This document shows positions 62,383 to 64,000 of a DNA stretch of 64,000 nucleotides, in pieces (position 1 is the first letter of the stretch; every line of letters begins with the position of its first letter). Made by a program: the position numbers and the translations under genes. The DNA comes from the human T2T-CHM13v2.0 reference genome, Homo sapiens. Under the pieces are notes generated by a model. The model ran no database searches and had not been told where the DNA came from. It was given only the letters and a program-made list of their open reading frames with translations. The stretch is taken from assembly GCF_009914755.1 (NCBI RefSeq), contig NC_060944.1. One strand, 5' to 3'.

Positions 62383-62673
62383 GGACGGGCGCGGTGGCTC
62401 AGGCTTGTAATCCCAGCACTTTGGGAGGCCGAGGCGGGCGGATCACGAGGTCAGGAGATCTTGACCACGGTGAAACCCCGTCTCTACTAAAAATACAAAA
62501 AATTAGCTGGGCGTGGTGGCGGGTGCCTGTAGTCCCAGCTACTCGGGAGAGGCTGAGGAAGGAGAATGGCGTGAACCCGGGAGGCGGAGCTTGCAGTGAG
62601 CCGAGTTCGCGCCTCTGCACTCCAGCCTGGGTGACAGAGCGAGACTCCGTCAAGAAAAAAAAAGAAAGAAAGA
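62383..62673 (+). mobile_element. AluYd (Yd3-like)
   Basis: 12-bp left-arm deletion (gacca^cggtgaaa), gcttgtaatc, actcgggAGaggctg; TSD aagaaggaggagg at 62370-62382 and 62674-62686. Confidence 0.85.
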
Positions 62674-63260
62674 AAGAAGGAGGAGGAGGAGGAGGAAGAG
62701 GAGAACTCGTTGAGTTTTATCTTACACTTACGCAAAAATTATGATATGTTAGTGGCTCATGATAAGACACCACAGCCCATGTCACTGGAACTGTGAAAAT
62801 CATGGTGACCACACAACAGCACAGCTACATTATGTTCAGTGAAAGATAACTCTGTAGTGATTTAATATCCAGGTTGAAAAAGAAAGGCTATTTTCCCGAA
62901 ACATTTTACAGAGGCATTCTTCAAAAGTGACTCATTCTTAGTTGGAACTCTTCGGCATGTTTGGGCATCATTTATCAAGTGTGTTTACAACGAAGGTTTC
63001 TCTCCAAACTCAGGGTGTGTGAAAACAGCCCTTCACACAATACAAATAATTCTAACCACCAAGACAAGTGGATAGAGACTCTGGACACAGCTATGCGTTG
63101 AAGCAGAGCGAACATGAAGGGGGCTCCCAAGAAGGCTGTGGAGAGGATCTTGTTCACTGCATCTACTTCCTCACTGCTGCTGGAAGTTCCACCACTACAG
63201 CACAGTTAGTTCAGCTTTCTATTTTCATTCTAATTAAAATAAAAAATGTGAAGCCTACTA

Positions 63261-63775
63261 TTGAGACAATTCTTCACGAGCTTCTTGCATTTCTTCATGT
63301 CTTGTGAGCAGAAGCACTGGCTGCTTTTGTTACAGATGATCCTTTCAAAGATTTTGTGTAGCAAACAGTCTTGGAGGACGTAGAGATGATAGTTCCTTCT
63401 GGAGAAAACTTCAGGTCTGTTTTATCACCAAAATAATTAAGATAATGTCTCCCATTGGCACAAAGCATAGGCATTGCCTATTATAAAAGATCTGTGTTCC
63501 CTAAACTTGAAATTTCTTTCTTGTAATGCAATCCACACCCATTGTGTGGTTGCATGTGCAGGTATGACCTAGCCCTCTTTGTTACTCTGCAGGTATTAGA
63601 GCTCAGAGAACCAGCACAAATATTGATACTTTGGCTACTACCATTGCCATGAATAATAAACCAGCCTTTGTCTCTGACCCAGAAGTCTTGTGTCTTCAAC
63701 AGCAACCTTAAGACTATAGCAAGCTAACTTGTTAGCAGGCAAATAGGAAAAATGTTTCTTTCCAGTCCTTGATAC
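63261..63775 (+). mobile_element. ERVL LTR (MER76-like)
   Basis: gagacaattcttc...gtgagcagaagcactg...cctttgtctctgacccagaagtcttgtgtcttc...gctaacttgttagc; subfamily from recall. Confidence 0.6.
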
Positions 63776-64000
63776 CTGCCACACCATCATTTTCCCTTTA
63801 TCAGCTAGAAGTTGGCTTACAAGGGCTTCCCCATTTAGCCCTTTAGAACCTCCTTAAACTTATAAGTAAGATAATAAGCTTGCTATGTGAATACATATTT
63901 CAGGACAAGTCACCTTAAGCCCTCTTTAAAGCCAATTGTTTCTCTTAAATCTCTCCTATATAGAAATTCATAGAGCCACCACTGTACATAACTCAGCTAC

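Noticed and set aside
62383-62673. AluYd3-like element as a sign of gibbon origin of the sequence
   Set aside because: The youngest Alu in the window is a canonical AluY and the L1 is L1PA3-type, which fits human or great ape.

Overview
Non-coding primate (most likely human) genomic DNA, AT-rich and dominated by interspersed repeats. I can support no host protein-coding exon, CpG island, rRNA or CRISPR array, and I cannot name the locus. Every long ORF in the track comes from L1, Tigger, Alu or a tandem repeat. Contents: one full-length but inactivated L1PA3-type LINE-1 (minus strand, ~15.5-21.7 kb); several 5'-truncated L1s; about 15 Alus from AluJ to very young AluY and an AluYd3-like copy; a near full-length Tigger1; MER82, Tigger3a, MER20, MER58 and MER81 DNA-transposon relics; solo LTRs (MER41A, LTR8, THE1/MST, MLT1, MLT2A and others); and many MIR/L2 fragments. 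Most notable observations: (1) the full-length L1 carries a ~120-bp 3' transduction bounded by a TSD; (2) a tailless retro-copy of the 5' half of an unspliced pre-tRNA-Arg(TCT); (3) a ~1 kb palindromic TCTAGA/GATA-rich tandem repeat flanked by a local duplication; (4) a perfect 38-bp palindrome inside a MIR; (5) a 72-bp dispersed duplicate whose second copy runs into a 36-bp hairpin VNTR; (6) LTR-borne DUX4-type motifs and a few motif-dense unique segments that may be enhancers. I found no evidence for a new multi-gene system. The real signals are retrotransposition and template-switch footprints plus candidate regulatory DNA. Repeat subfamily calls come from recalled consensus sequences and need RepeatMasker/Dfam confirmation.
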